From positions 17,484,001-17,548,000 of the forward strand of contig OX597815.1 of the NCBI GenBank assembly GCA_951406725.2: 64,000 bases of DNA, given 5' to 3'. The notes beneath the pieces are model-generated. The model saw only the letters and a list, made by a program, of their open reading frames with translations, ran no database searches and was not told the DNA's origin. This document shows positions 40,130 through 52,949 of this stretch, piece by piece. The DNA comes from Octopus vulgaris. Lineage: Eukaryota. A program made the position numbers and the translations under genes. The stretch's first letter is position 1. Each line of letters opens with the position of its first letter.

Positions 40130-41098
40130 GAAGTTTTTAATCAAATTCTCTTCTTCAAACATAAAAACGAAGCTATATCTTTAACATTGAGTGATAAGAC
40201 ATAGATCTTCCGTATTGCTTTGCCCATCGGAAAAGAAACGAGAATTCTAGTTTCTCACTGCTTGTTACATCATTCTTGTTACCACCCTATAGTTCGGTGC
40301 GCTTAGCTATTAAGTAGCTAAATGTCTAACCAGCAGACACAATACAACGCCAGTGACACGAGTACGAATCATGAATATTCAATTAATAGCTTGGCACATT
40401 ATGAACTCACCCATGCTTGCGTTTCTTTTCCTTTACTGACTTTTTTTTTTAATGCTATAAAATATTATTTAATTAGTTTTACACTTAATTATGTTTCCGC
40501 TTAATTATCTTTATATTTAATTTTACAATATTTATAACTTGGTTTTCCTCCCGCATCCAAAAATAAAAAAAAAAGCTTTGAAAAAACAAAAAATGAAAAT
40601 AAATTATTGTAATTTAATGTTATCTGCATCCCGTTGTGTAACAACATCAAAGTAGCCGTTTCAGACATGTAAACTAATACAATATTTATCGAACACACGA
40701 TGACGGAAACGGGATCAAAACGGGTTTCTTTCATCAGTTGCAGAATAACTTCTAATTTTTCGATTTCGAAATTTTAAAAATCTGTTTGATAATTAAGCAT
40801 ATTTCCAACAACAAAAGATTCCTGCTTTTTGATATCAAAATCTACACTTCCTTTCAGGAGCCACTTACTATATCTGAATTCTCGGAAATATTAATTATTA
40901 TATTATATTAGATATAGCTGAAAGGATCCTAATTATTCGAGTATGTTCAGATCTAAAACAACCACCAATGTTGCCGCTGCTACTGTTGGCGATGATGATG
41001 ATGATAATGGTGCTTTTTGCATAGGATGGTGGTGATGGTGGCGATTGAGGATGAGATGGTGGTATGAATGACGATGGTAGTTATGGTGATCATCACCA

Positions 41099-41278
41099 TC
41101 ATTGTTCGACCGTGGTCGAGACAATGGAATTTACTATGTTACGCCAGACTTCACGGTCCATCATAGCATTACGGAGGTCCTGTTTCTGAATGCTTGTATC
41201 CCTGGAGATTACATCAGGGTAGGAGAGTGTGAGCCCTCTGGTATCGCGAGCAGATGGCTTCCAGAGGAGAAGAGTAGA
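41099..41278 (-). pseudogene. RTE-like LINE 3' end
   Basis: STLLLWKPSARDTRGLTLSYPDVISRDTSIQKQDLRNAMMDREVWRNIVNSIVSTTVEQ* followed by TGA-repeat tail. Confidence 0.75.
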
Positions 41279-41452
41279 GTAGAAATGATGATAATGATGA
41301 TGTGGGTAATGTTTGTGGACGAAGCAGTGGTATTAGTGATGATGCAGAGGTTCTAGTTGTGGGGATACTGATAACGAAAATGATAACGCGGCATAAATGC
41401 AGTTTTCTTGGTGTTAGATTCCTTCGAGTTCACGGTCTGTTTTAACAATATA

Positions 41453-41668
41453 AGTGGGTGCTGAAAAGTTCCTGACTTTAAGGGCATCGTGAAAGGCTTC
41501 GTTGGAGGTCCAGCCTTCCGAGTTCTTTTACAGGGCTTAAAAAAACTGAAGGACCCCTGCAATAAGTGCGTGAATCTGGGAGGGGAATATGTTGGATAAA
41601 ATCATAATTAATTGATCCTCCGGTATTTTTTTTTTTTTACCTAAAACCAGGAATTTTTCAGCACCCCT
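41453..41668 (+). mobile_element. mariner-derived internally deleted element
   Basis: TA-flanked TIRs GGGTGCTGAAAA(G/A)TTCCTG; retains transposase C-terminus FFLQGLKKLKDPCNKCVNLGGEYVG*. Confidence 0.85.
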
Positions 41669-41968
41669 TAATACGTTGCAACCATAATTGAGAACAGTAA
41701 TCTATATGGTTCGAAACAAAAGTTTATCATAGGATCAACACAGTTTAATTTTCTCTCTTTTTGGATCATGTGAAAATTCATCTCGCCAATCATCGTCTGA
41801 ATATTTTTGTTGTCTTGGTAATATGCACATCAAACAATGTATCCAAACACATTTCGATCCTCAGCTCATGCACTAACTAGGAATCTGGAGTAGCAGTCTC
41901 TCCTGATCCAGATAGCAAAGAGTTGAACATCTTTCCGAGTTATACATATGTGTATGTGAGGGCGCGCA

Positions 41969-42004
41969 GTCTTCCGACGAAGAGCTCCGCTCGAAACGTT
42001 AAAC
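41969..42004 (+). ncRNA. Minimal type I hammerhead ribozyme motif (PLE terminus)
   Basis: GTCTT-CCGACGA-A-GAGC tcc GCTC-GAAA-CG-TTA-AAC; palindromic stem III AACGTT; about 100 bp then (TA)n. Confidence 0.65.
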
Positions 42005-42101
42005 CCTCCTTCTTCCCTTCCTTCCTGAACGTCCAATAATACTATATTTGTTCCACGTCCTTGCGTTGTTGTGTTTTCTCTTTGTGTTTTCATGTTTGGA
42101 T

Positions 42102-42176
<75 letters not shown>

Positions 42177-42614
42177 ACTACGATCGACTTAGTTGCGACG
42201 CATGTGTAGAAAATATTTTCTTACCTAGATCTCAGCCAATAGATGCTAACTGGTTTAAGCTGATTAAACTTCAGACGCAAATATCACCATCAAAACTATC
42301 AGCTATGAACTCTAAAATAATGATAATCTATACGATGACTTTCTTTTCAGTGGACGCAGATATGTGTAACATATTTGTGTATACATTTAAGGATGTAGTG
42401 CCATACAGTTTCTGATACCAAAGTGTATTGTATGAATGCGGAGTCTTCAAATGTTTTACAATAACACAGATAGTTACGATATGTACCATATAATCATTTA
42501 ACCAACTATTTCTTATTTTGACTGATTGTATATTTCGAAAATGATTTCAAAAGTATTTCTTATTTTTGAGACATGATAGAACTCTCTTTCCACTCACGTT
42601 CGATTGACTCTGTT

Positions 42615-43035
42615 GGATCTTTTCGGTTTGACCGGCAGTTTTAAAAAAATAATTTCTACGTAACTAAACACTTTTAAACTTCGTATACTGGTAGAATGTG
42701 TTTATAAAACTTTTTTTTCTCTTGGCTTTATTGAGAAAATTCTATAGTTTGTAAGATATTTGTTGTTTTTTTCTTCTTCCATTTCCATAATTTCAACCAA
42801 TCAATGACGTCTATTGAGGTGAAAACATTATGTGCCGTATGAATATGTCCCTCGTTTAAGAAACAGATTGGGTTTATTTACATTTGTGAAGAAAAAAAGA
42901 TACCCTTCCTCCCACCCCTAACCCTAACTCCAACCCTAACCCTAAAAGAGATTGAAATGCAATAGATCGATACTAGGGTCATAATTATGGGTGACAATTT
43001 CATATGACACCGCTAGAAAAAACTGCCGTTCAAAC
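42615..43035. mobile_element. MITE family D, right TIR truncated
   Basis: Homologous to 39701 copy. Confidence 0.88.
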
Positions 43036-43379
43036 TGTTTACAGGCTCACAATATTCACCCTTCCATTTTTATTGAGATTCTCACTGTTATTTCTCTCTA
43101 CCTACCTAATCCTACACTCGGCATACAGACCTCCTGTACATACAACCTAAACGCGCTAATCAAGGTGATTCTATGAAGTCATTCGACCTGCCATCATTCA
43201 AATGTCCATGAAATCATTCCTTACCAGAAAGGGAATTATATATCGGGTAATGTCAAAGACAGCGAAAAGTTGGAATGGTTACGAATGGAATGTATTTTGA
43301 CCATATATATATGCTGCTTTGTCCAGTAGACTTCGCATATTCCTCTGATAGGTGATATTGGCGTTGTCACTGCTTTTCT

Positions 43380-43620
43380 TTACCGGGCAGAGATGGACGT
43401 CTAAAAAAGGATTGAATGAAGTGGTTAGTGTGCGTTTGGAGATGGAAAGGACACGGTATGAGTGACAGCAGGAGGAAAAACAAATTGAACGGATCGGCGG
43501 GATAAACGCGGCGCAGGAAATCTCCAAGAGGCAAAGATCATCGCAAAAACGGAAGAAAAGCCAGAATAAGAAGACAACAATTTTGTGAGGCAGAGAATGT
43601 GTTGACGAGCGACTTCATGT
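43380..43620 (-). pseudogene. Decayed LINE ORF2 C-terminus (ingi/L2-like)
   Basis: Frameshifted RFCDDLC..EIS..IPPIRS..SS..HSYRV..HTNHFIQSFF pattern. Confidence 0.4.
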
Positions 43621-43722
43621 CAGAAATGTTCTTGTTTTCCCGTTTGCAAAAAACAGTAACACTGTGATAGCTAAGTAAGATTTACATTTAATAATGTTCA
43701 ACAATACTATTATGCACTTGTC

Positions 43723-43850
43723 TTTGAAATTATATATAAGGCAGTGCCCCAACTTTTGAAATTATATATAAGGCAGTGCCCCAACTTTTGAAATTATATA
43801 TAAGGCAGTGCCCCAACTTTTGAAATTATATATAAGGCAGTGCCCCAACT
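43723..43850. repeat. 32-bp minisatellite, 4 perfect copies
   Basis: TTTGAAATTATATATAAGGCAGTGCCCCAACT x4. Confidence 0.97.
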
Positions 43851-43914
43851 TGACCATAGTCCAGTAACTGAGACAAATATAAAATAAAAGATATACATAT
43901 GTGTGTGTATAAAA

Positions 43915-44310
43915 CTTTATCATTTACTTCTTTCAGTCATTGGACTGCGACCATATTCTGGCACCGCATTTAGTAGAACAGTTCGCCCTTAGTACTTACT
44001 TTTTTTAAAAATCTAGCCCTTAGTCTATAGATCTCTAAGACGGAACCGCTAAGTTACAGAGATGTAAACAAACTAGCACCGGTTGTCAAGCGGTGGGTAG
44101 GGCAATCACACACACACACACACACAATAAATATACATATAACTATACATATACGATTAGCTTCAATATACTTTCCATCTACCAAATTTTCTCACACGGC
44201 AATGATCGGCCCAGGGCAGCAGTTGAAGACTCTTGTCTAAAGACTCGTGTAATGGAATTTAATCCGAAGCCACGCTGTTGAAAAGAGAGCTCCTAAACCA
44301 CACTTCTATA
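43915..44310 (-). mobile_element. Old diverged SINE B
   Basis: Colinear but diverged match to family B. Confidence 0.7.
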
Positions 44311-44340
44311 CTGCTGCTCTAACCACTAGGTCATGTGCCT

Positions 44341-44384
<44 letters not shown>

Positions 44385-44387
<3 letters not shown>

Positions 44388-44782
44388 CTTGTTTCAGTCA
44401 TTTGACTGCGGCCATGCTGGAGCACCGCCTTTAGTCGAGCAAATCGACTCCGGGACTTATTCTTTGTAAGCCTAGTACTTATTATATCGGTCTCTTTTGC
44501 CGAACCGCTAAGTTACGGGGACGTAAACACACCAGCATCGGTTGTCAAGCAATGCTAGGGGGGACAAACACAGACACACAAACACACACACATACATACA
44601 TATATATACATATATACGACAGGCTTCTTTCAGTTTCCGTCTACCAAATCCACTCACAAGGCTTTGGTCGGCCCGGAGCTATAGCAGAAGACATTTGCCC
44701 AAGATGTCACGCAGTGGGACTGAACCCGGAACCATGTGGTTGGTTAGCAAGCTACTTACCACACAGCCACTCCTGCGCCTAT
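44385..44782 (-). mobile_element. SINE B full length
   Basis: Matches family B end to end. Confidence 0.92.
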
Positions 44783-44804
44783 ATATATATATTATTTTTT
44801 TTTG

Positions 44805-45009
44805 TACTTGTTTCAGTCATTTGACTGCGGCCATGCTGGAGCACCGCCTTTAGAGTGGTGAAAGAGTACAGCAGGGATCACCACCATCTCCTGCCGGAGC
44901 CTCGTGGAGCTTTTAGGTGTTTTCGCTCAATAAACACACACAACGCCTGGGAATCGAAACCGCGATCCTCCGACCGCAAGTCCGCTGCCCTAACCACTGG
45001 GCCATTGCG

Positions 45010-45011
<2 letters not shown>
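44805..45011 (-). mobile_element. Chimera: SINE C head joined to SINE B tail
   Basis: 45011-44853 is the SINE C 5' part; 44852-44805 is the SINE B 3' tail. Confidence 0.85.
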
Positions 45012-45053
<42 letters not shown>

Positions 45054-45950
45054 TGTTGGGTGTGTTTAATTCAGATTTCATTAACTGTTTAACTATTTTT
45101 TGTTATTTGTACACGTTGCACAGAATCACGTGTTTCAATCAAAAAGGCTATCAAGAGAATTATTTGGAAAGTGGAAGGGAAGTTGTGCCACTTCCTTGAT
45201 TCGTTGTTTGCATCAAAATCAATAAAATTCCATATTTCTCAAGAGATAACAATTTTAATAAAATTTAAACCCTGAAAATTTACCAATTTGTTTTATTTAG
45301 ATATTTGCATTGACAAGATATTCACAAGGGAATGCAATATAATATCAGAATTTCTTGATATTTTTCGATGAAATATAGTTTCGTAACCTCAGAATAACAT
45401 TTGTCCGAAATTGATTTTTAAATTGCTGAAAGATATTTCAACAAATTACTTCCTGCCAATGACTTATCACTGAACTGTTCTCCCTCATTAGGACCTGGGA
45501 ACTAATAAGCTATTAATCTTATTAGTTCCAAGAAAATTAAATTTGATCCAATAGACCTTATTAGACTACGCATGCTATTTTATTCCTCAGGTGCTAAAGA
45601 TATGACGAAGCTAGATTGCTCTTTTCCGAACTTCTGTCTAGATATTTATTAAATTCACTTGAAGTGACAGACACTTTGTGCTAGAAACTACGCTCATCTG
45701 GTAACTAATCTTAAAAAGCGTTCCAATAGTGATCATCCCGTGTTATAGCCAGACATTCTGACAAGAACTGTATTTAAAATGTATCTTTTCTTATTTATAA
45801 GACAAGACTTGATTTATTGATAATTTCTCTCTTTTTTTTTCTGTCAGATCGACTCAAAGACGTAGAAGCTCCAACGTTGGCTCTGGTCAGTAAGAGTTCG
45901 CTCGGAGTTAAACGTTTAGAGAATCGAAGCTGTCTATATTTTAAACCAAA

Positions 45951-46172
45951 GGCGGCAAGCTGGCAGAAACGTTAACACGCCGGGCGAAATGCGTAGCTGT
46001 ATTTCGTCTGCCGTTACGTTCTGAGTTCAAATTCCGCCGAGGTCGACTTTGCCTTTCATCCTTTCGGGGTCGATAAATTAAGTACCAGTTACGCACTGGG
46101 GTCGACGTAATCCATTTGTCTGTCCTTGTTTGTCCCCTATGTGTTTAGCCCCTTGTGGGTAGTAAAGAAATA
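45951..46172 (+). mobile_element. SINE A monomer with private deletion
   Basis: 16-bp TSD TATATTTTAAACCAAA at 45935-45950 and 46173-46188. Confidence 0.93.
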
Positions 46173-46705
46173 TATATTTTAAACCAAAATATACTATTTC
46201 GCTTACTTTAATGTTATTGTTTAAGCTGATGCTATTGTTTGAGCAATTCTGATTAAAGAGTTCCAACTGTAACACCCCAGACATTGTATATTCACCGTTT
46301 TCTTTTAAAAGTGTAAAGTTGTTTGAAGGAGAATATTACCATTAATATCTTGTCGGCTCCTCGGCGATTCGAATCCAACTGTTTTCTGTTTCTATGGCAA
46401 CATTTTCCATAATATATTGCAACCAGATTTTGTTAATTAGTAGTAAAGCAACCAATAATAAAATATGCTCTTTGCCGGATAATTGTGCTTAAATACCATG
46501 ACACTAATGAATTAACGTACATGGTGTTATGTAAGCACAGCTGCACAAAATTAACAACTTCAATAACTTTGACTGAAACCATTATTATAATTACTGCCTA
46601 ACAAAACTGCCGAAATTATTCTTGTAGAAACAATAAAGCTACAATATAAGGCCTTAGTAAAGTTGTAGAAGAATTCATTAACTTTACTTATCGTGAGGAG
46701 TAAAT

Positions 46706-46742
46706 AATATGACGTTTCGGACTCTTGGCCTTCGTCGAGATT
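46706..46742 (-). ncRNA. Degenerate minimal hammerhead motif
   Basis: AATC-TCGACGA-A-GGCC aaga GTCC-GAAA-CG-TC-ATATT; core and stems partly mutated. Confidence 0.45.
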
Positions 46743-47486
46743 GAGGAAGATGAAAAGAAGGTGGTCTTGTATCGTAGGCTGTAAGACAGTAAAAAAAAAT
46801 TAAGCTTATCCAGATTATTTTTACGTTTAATTTCATTCTATATATTGAGTTCGATTCTTACTATGATCAATTTTGTTTTTGATCCTTCCAGTTTAAAAAA
46901 ATAATAATAAATATCAATCTAAAGCAACAGTTAAATCAACTTCATCTATTTCTGGAAAAAATGTAGCCCTGTGCTAAAAACTAAACCGTAATATTTTATG
47001 GCACAAATGGTGTTGAGTGAAACGGTAAAGCATAGTTAATGATTATGTTGTTCTTGTCTAACGTAACAACGGTATGTCTAAGAAGTCTTTGATGAAAAAC
47101 TGAGGCTACACAACACAGAAAATACCAGACAAAATACATAACAGCATTTCATAAGTCTTCTGAGTTCAATTTCCGCTGAAGGCCACCTCGCCTTTCCTCC
47201 TTTCGGGGTCAATAAATTATTCATCGAAAAAGGACGCAGCTGGAAATGTTAGAATTCTCCCAATCCTGTATTTATTAAGATTTTTATCCAAGGAGAATTT
47301 TTTCTATAAATGCGTTGGAGTTTAGTTTCTTCGCTTTATTTGGTGACAAAATGTATTGTCACCAAATATATATTGACACCAAATATTGTCACCATTGAGA
47401 AAATATTGATGTGCAAATATTTAAATAATACGACGTTCAAAGAATACAAAATTGCAGCTAATATTATTATTATTATTATTATTATT

Positions 47487-48041
47487 GAGTGAGAGAGCAG
47501 TTCATGCCATCAAAGTGACACTGGCGTAAAATATACGAAGCCCAATATACCCATCATGACTACCCGTCTGATAAGGGTACACCAGCCACATGCATCACAA
47601 CCATATGTGCGTGACATGGTGATCTCATATCAAGATAAACAGCGCATGACCTTGCAGGTGGGGCCCAGTTAGAATTTTCTTCAGGTTGAGTAGCCCATCC
47701 CGCTCAAAAGGTCCCTGAATAAGGGTTGTTTAAGGATGTTGAAAGAGCCACCCATGTTTCCAGAGGTGAATTATTCAAACCCCAAAGAATCCCTCTCAAT
47801 ACATGCCTATGATGCTCCCCCACTACTTCTGCTCGTGATCAGAGATGCACATATCGTCAGCCACTAAGGGACATGCTCAACTGGTTAAGGTCAAACAACT
47901 GACAAACAAATCTGTGGTATTGAGCAGAATATTTGCTGTAGCCCATCTTTTATACCAAGACAAAACAATGTACATGATAACACTTCCAATCATTTAAGAT
48001 CAGAAGCCATGAGAGCCACTGCCTGGTACTGCATCAGGGCA
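47487..48041. mobile_element. Non-coding element inserted within an (ATT)n tract
   Basis: Higher-GC 555-bp block with sharp ends, (ATT)n on both sides, no TIR seen. Confidence 0.6.
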
Positions 48042-48082
<41 letters not shown>

Positions 48083-48664
48083 GGTACAGTGCCTTAATGC
48101 CTCATACCTAACTGTTGTGAGGTATTTATGGTTTTGAGTTCAGGTCCTACGTTTGTTGATTTTGCTTTTGAAATAGCAATTGTTAATACATTGGTATTAA
48201 TTTAAAAGATTTCTGCAATCGCCAGCCAAACCTGCTCTGAGGACAGACTCATAGAAGAGTAAATTGTGCAAGTTCTTAGACCAAATCCAACCGTGGCTTG
48301 GCTGGCTCGTCATCACCATATCAGGATTAATAAAACTGAGCTACAAATTCAACAGGGTCGATTTAATCGACTTTACTCTTTCTATAATAGTGTGAACAAG
48401 GGATAAGTTGTTGTGCAACAACAGAGCCGGAAACTCATACAACAACATCGGTCCAGTGAGCGTAAACGACTAGGAAATGCGAGATAGTCAGGAACATTTC
48501 CCCCCTCTCTGTATTTGAGGATTTTTTGTCTAGAAAGAACCACAAGTACGATATTTCACTCAAAAACAGTCGAAACAATAGCTTAACACGTCTTCAGTAA
48601 AATTAAGTCGAATAAGATTATCAATTATCAATAACATCTTGGACTGGCGTTTCCGCGTGTATGG

Positions 48665-48944
48665 TACTCTTTTACTCTTTTACTTGTTTCAGTTATTTGA
48701 CTGCGGCCATGCTGGAGCACCGCCTTTAGTCGAGCAAATCGGCCCCAGGACTTATTCATTGTAAGCCTAGTACTTATTCTATCGGGCTCCTTTTACCGAA
48801 CCGCTAAGTTACGGGGACGTAAACACATCAGCATCGGTTGTTGTCAAGCGATGTTTGGGGGGGGGACACAAACACAGACACGCAAACATATACACACACA
48901 TACATATATATACACACACACACATATATACACACACACACACA

Positions 48945-48983
<39 letters not shown>

Positions 48984-49187
48984 TCTTTTACTTGTTTCAG
49001 TCATTTGACTGCAGCCATGCTGGAGCACCGCCTTTAGTCGAGCAACTCGACCCCGGGACTTATTCTTTTGTAAGCCCAATACTTATTCTATCGGTCTCTT
49101 TTGCCGAACCGCTAAGTAACGGGGACATAAACACACCAGCATCGGTTGTCAAGCAATGCTAGGGGGACAAACACAGACACACAAACA

Positions 49188-49239
<52 letters not shown>

Positions 49240-49453
49240 TACGACGGGCTTCTTTCAGTTTCCGTCTACCAAATCCACTCACAAGGCTTTGGTCGCTTCT
49301 TTCAGTTACTGTCTACCAAATCCACTCACAAGGCTATGGTTGGCCCGAGGCTATAGTAAAAGACACTTGCCCAAGGTGCCACGCAGCGGGACTGAACCCG
49401 GAACCATGTGGCTCGTAAGCATGCAACTTACCACACAGCCACTCCTACGCCTA
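48665..49453 (-). mobile_element. SINE B full copy (48981-49453) plus adjacent 3' half (48665-48980)
   Basis: Family B matches; short internal duplication near 49295-49335. Confidence 0.9.
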
Positions 49454-50100
49454 TATAAACATATAATACGTAACACATAACACATTCTCTAACCAGCAGT
49501 GGCACCTTCTTATTCCAATAAGATCGTGATCATGTTTGGAAAGGACTCTTACGGTTCAGCTTCCTATTAGTCAGTTCCCGGGTGATAACATGTCCGGGAT
49601 TACTCCGGATGTTGCATTAGTATTTCACATACATTATTTTTAGCTCGATATAATACTGATATCTATTTAGCAACTTATCGTAGGTGAAACGCAAAGCCAG
49701 CCTTAGAAGGATTTGAATTTAAATTGAAAAGAAAAAAATGTCGCTAAATATCACTCAACATAGAGTGCAGTACTGTAAAGTTACTTCCGCTCAACACAGA
49801 TATTAGCTGCAATTTCTTTCTTGTTGATGACAATATTATCTCAATATTAGCACACCTACTTTTTCTTCAATTGATGCAGATTACAAATATTGTCACGAAA
49901 TTCAAACAAATCGCAAATAATATTGGAGAATTGTTAGAAATAACCCCACATGTAAGAGATTCCTAAACTTCATAACTCATAAATTAAACTTACATCACAA
50001 GATTATTTGCAGGTGAACATCCTGTATTCTCTATCCTTTATTGGAAATGAATGTTAAACCGTTATCGATATATATATATACACGCAGAGATATATGTGTA

Positions 50101-50133
<33 letters not shown>

Positions 50134-50270
50134 GAGATATGTATATTATGTATATACATATATATTATGTATATATAAATGCGTATTGCATATATATGTA
50201 TATATATATATGTATGTACACTTCACATACATATATACATATAACATATGCATACGTGCGTATGCATATA

Positions 50271-50301
<31 letters not shown>

Positions 50302-50699
50302 GACAAAAGATGAAAATGCATGTATATATGCCATTATATCATTTATAACAAATATTACACAAAGTAATCATAAAGATATTCGGCGAAGAAAAAAGATGCT
50401 CGATATACTGTACAGCTGTTTCAAAAATTCGGTGATTTGTTGATTTGTTGATTTAATAATGTGTACCACACAAACGAGCTTGCGTACTGATACAAACAGA
50501 AATTATTATCAACACATAACAGATTATTAATACGATCAACTTGGAAGTGTTGTCATGCCGAATTTTTTCTTCGAAAGGGAGAGTGAAAAAATGCAAACTT
50601 TTTAGCAGCAAGTTTACATTTAAAAGCATAGAAACGTCAATGAAATAGACGTAAGAATAGAAGGATAATGATAATAATTCCGTAGGAGTATTGTTGATG

Positions 50700-51600
50700 C
50701 ATACGAAGAAGTCTGGCATCATCCAAAGAAAGAAAAAAAAAAAGAAATAGCATGGAAAGGGAAAAATGTACAAAGATAGGTACAGAAGACCGGTGATTAT
50801 GGATGCAAAGGTGTGACTTGAAGATAGAAACAGAAGCGGCACAAGAACAATCATTGAGGACAAACTAGATGAAGTGTAGAGTTAATAAAATTGAGAGCAA
50901 CAAACGCAGAATGTGTGGTGAAAGGGATGAAAAGTGTGGCATATTGTTAATGGATGCCCGAAATTGGCACAACGGGAATACAAAAGGTGACATGACAATG
51001 TAGCAAGAATAGGATATTTGTAGAAATTATAGCCCAGAAAGATTAAAGGTGTGGTAGGACCAAATCTCAGAAAGAGTTTCTGAGAATGAGGATTGCAAAA
51101 TTCTGTGAGAGGCAATGATTCAGTGTGACCATCAGATTAAATATCGAAAATCTGACATTATTGTAGTGAACAGAAAAGTAAACAAATGCCTGATAATTAA
51201 TATAGCATGTTTAAGTGATGACAACATTGAAGGGGACGAAGAAAAACCAAGGAACAACTATGATGAATTAAAGTGGAAAATACTTTAATTCATCATAGTT
51301 GTTGATGACTTGAAGGTTGTGTGCAGGCTATGTGCAATGAAGAAAGTGGACGTAATACCCATAGTGATTGGTGCGTTTGGAAGTATCAGTACCCAATAAC
51401 CAAAGTGGCTCGAGAAGATTGGAACAAACATAAAAATAGAACACCAACGAAAGTCATTATTGTTTGGAACTGCAAGAGTTCTCTGTAGGACTCTTGAAGC
51501 ATGATCAGTAAACAAGTGTCACCTTAGTCTGCTGGCTTTCAACAACTGACACTTTTTTATAATGTTCAGCAAAATAAAGCTGACAGTTTTTCATGATGGA
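50700..51600 (+). pseudogene. R4/Dong-like RLE non-LTR retrotransposon 3' portion
   Basis: DLKIETEAAQEQSLRTN, knuckle MCGERDE..WHIVNGCPKLAQREYKR*HDNVAR, RLE IQCDHQIKYRKSDIIVV..CLIINIAC, VIPIVIGAFG, KSLLFGTARVLCRTLEA*. Confidence 0.9.
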
Positions 51601-51769
51601 GAAGTTATGGGGAACTGACGACAACTAGTATAAATACGTGAAGACGGATGAAATGCCGCTAAGCATTTTGTCCAGCATGCTAACGATTCTGCCTGCTTAC
51701 CACCTTCATATAATAATAATAATAATGGTAATAATAATAACAATAATAATAATGATGATGATGATAATG

Positions 51770-51985
51770 ATTCTTTCTACTATAGGCACTTAGCCTGAAA
51801 TTTGGACGGAGGAGTTAAGTCGATTAGATCGACCCCAGTACTCAACTGGTACTTGATTTATCGAACCCGAAAAGATGAAAGGCTAAGTCGACCTCGGCAG
51901 AATTTGAACTCAGAACGTAGAGACGGACGAAACGTCGCTAAGCATTTTGCCCAACATGCTAACGATTTAGCCTGCTCGCCGTCTT
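51770..51985 (-). mobile_element. SINE A alternative-tail variant
   Basis: Family A body with (TAA)n-associated tail; further fragments at about 51640-51705 and 52350-52435. Confidence 0.8.
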
Positions 51986-51989
51986 CATA

Positions 51990-52318
51990 TTTCATTTCAT
52001 TTCATCTAGTTTCAGCTCACAAGCTGTGGCCATGCTGGGGCACCGCCATTCGGTGTTGCTACATGATTTTACTTCACGAATGCTTTTTAGCAATTGACAT
52101 TTGGTGTAGGAGAGAGTTTGATGCAGCTGCCCTCATCTGCACCTCCTGCCGTGAAGTTGGTTTATCTGGGACACCTCACAGGAAGAGCTCCAGCTTTATT
52201 TTAAAGACATCTGCATCCACCCCATGCAGGTCTCTCAGGTCCTTCAGGAGGATATTGAAGAGATGTGGACCTCTGAAGCCCAGGCTATTGCAGTATCTTG
52301 TCCTACATCTTGATGGCA

Positions 52319-52319
<1 letters not shown>
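51990..52319 (-). pseudogene. CR1/L2-group LINE 3' end
   Basis: NSLGFRGPHLFNILLKDLRDLHGVDADVFKIKLELFL*GVPDKP..RAAASNSLLHQ then short 3' UTR and (TGAAA)n tail; exact clade uncertain. Confidence 0.8.
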
Positions 52320-52351
<32 letters not shown>

Positions 52352-52949
52352 CCTTTCTACTATAGGCACAAGGTCTGAAATTGGGGGAAGAGGGACAGTC
52401 GATTACATCGACCCCAGTACTCAGCTGGTACTTTATAATAATAATAATAATAATAATAATGATAATAATAATAATAATCTGTTATAAAATATTGCCACTC
52501 TCCCTTCTGAAGATAAAGTTCGGCACGTCAGCGCTTCCAGCTTGATGATATTTATCTATCATTCTTATGTGTTTATAGAAATTTCTACTTGTTCCATGTG
52601 TATTGCTGCAACAGTAGGCACACCCGTTTGCGTGTTGTCCTATATCACATCAACAAATCGCTGGATTTTTGAAACAGCTGAGATTGTTATCAGCGACTTT
52701 GCTTTCTTCGCCAAATATATTTATATATAGCAGGAACTATACAGTTCTTACAGCAAACTCTTTTTCTACCCTGATTAGGAAAATGGATTTTAAGAGCCTA
52801 GACTTGTTCAACCAGCAACCCGGTGCTCACGTTTTATATATATATATAAGAGCGAGTTCTTGGCCCAGTGGTAGTCTCACGTAGTCCAAGAAAGACAGTT
52901 CTGTAATATCTTGCTAAGCAGCCAACACAAATGATTTGATTATAGCGAT

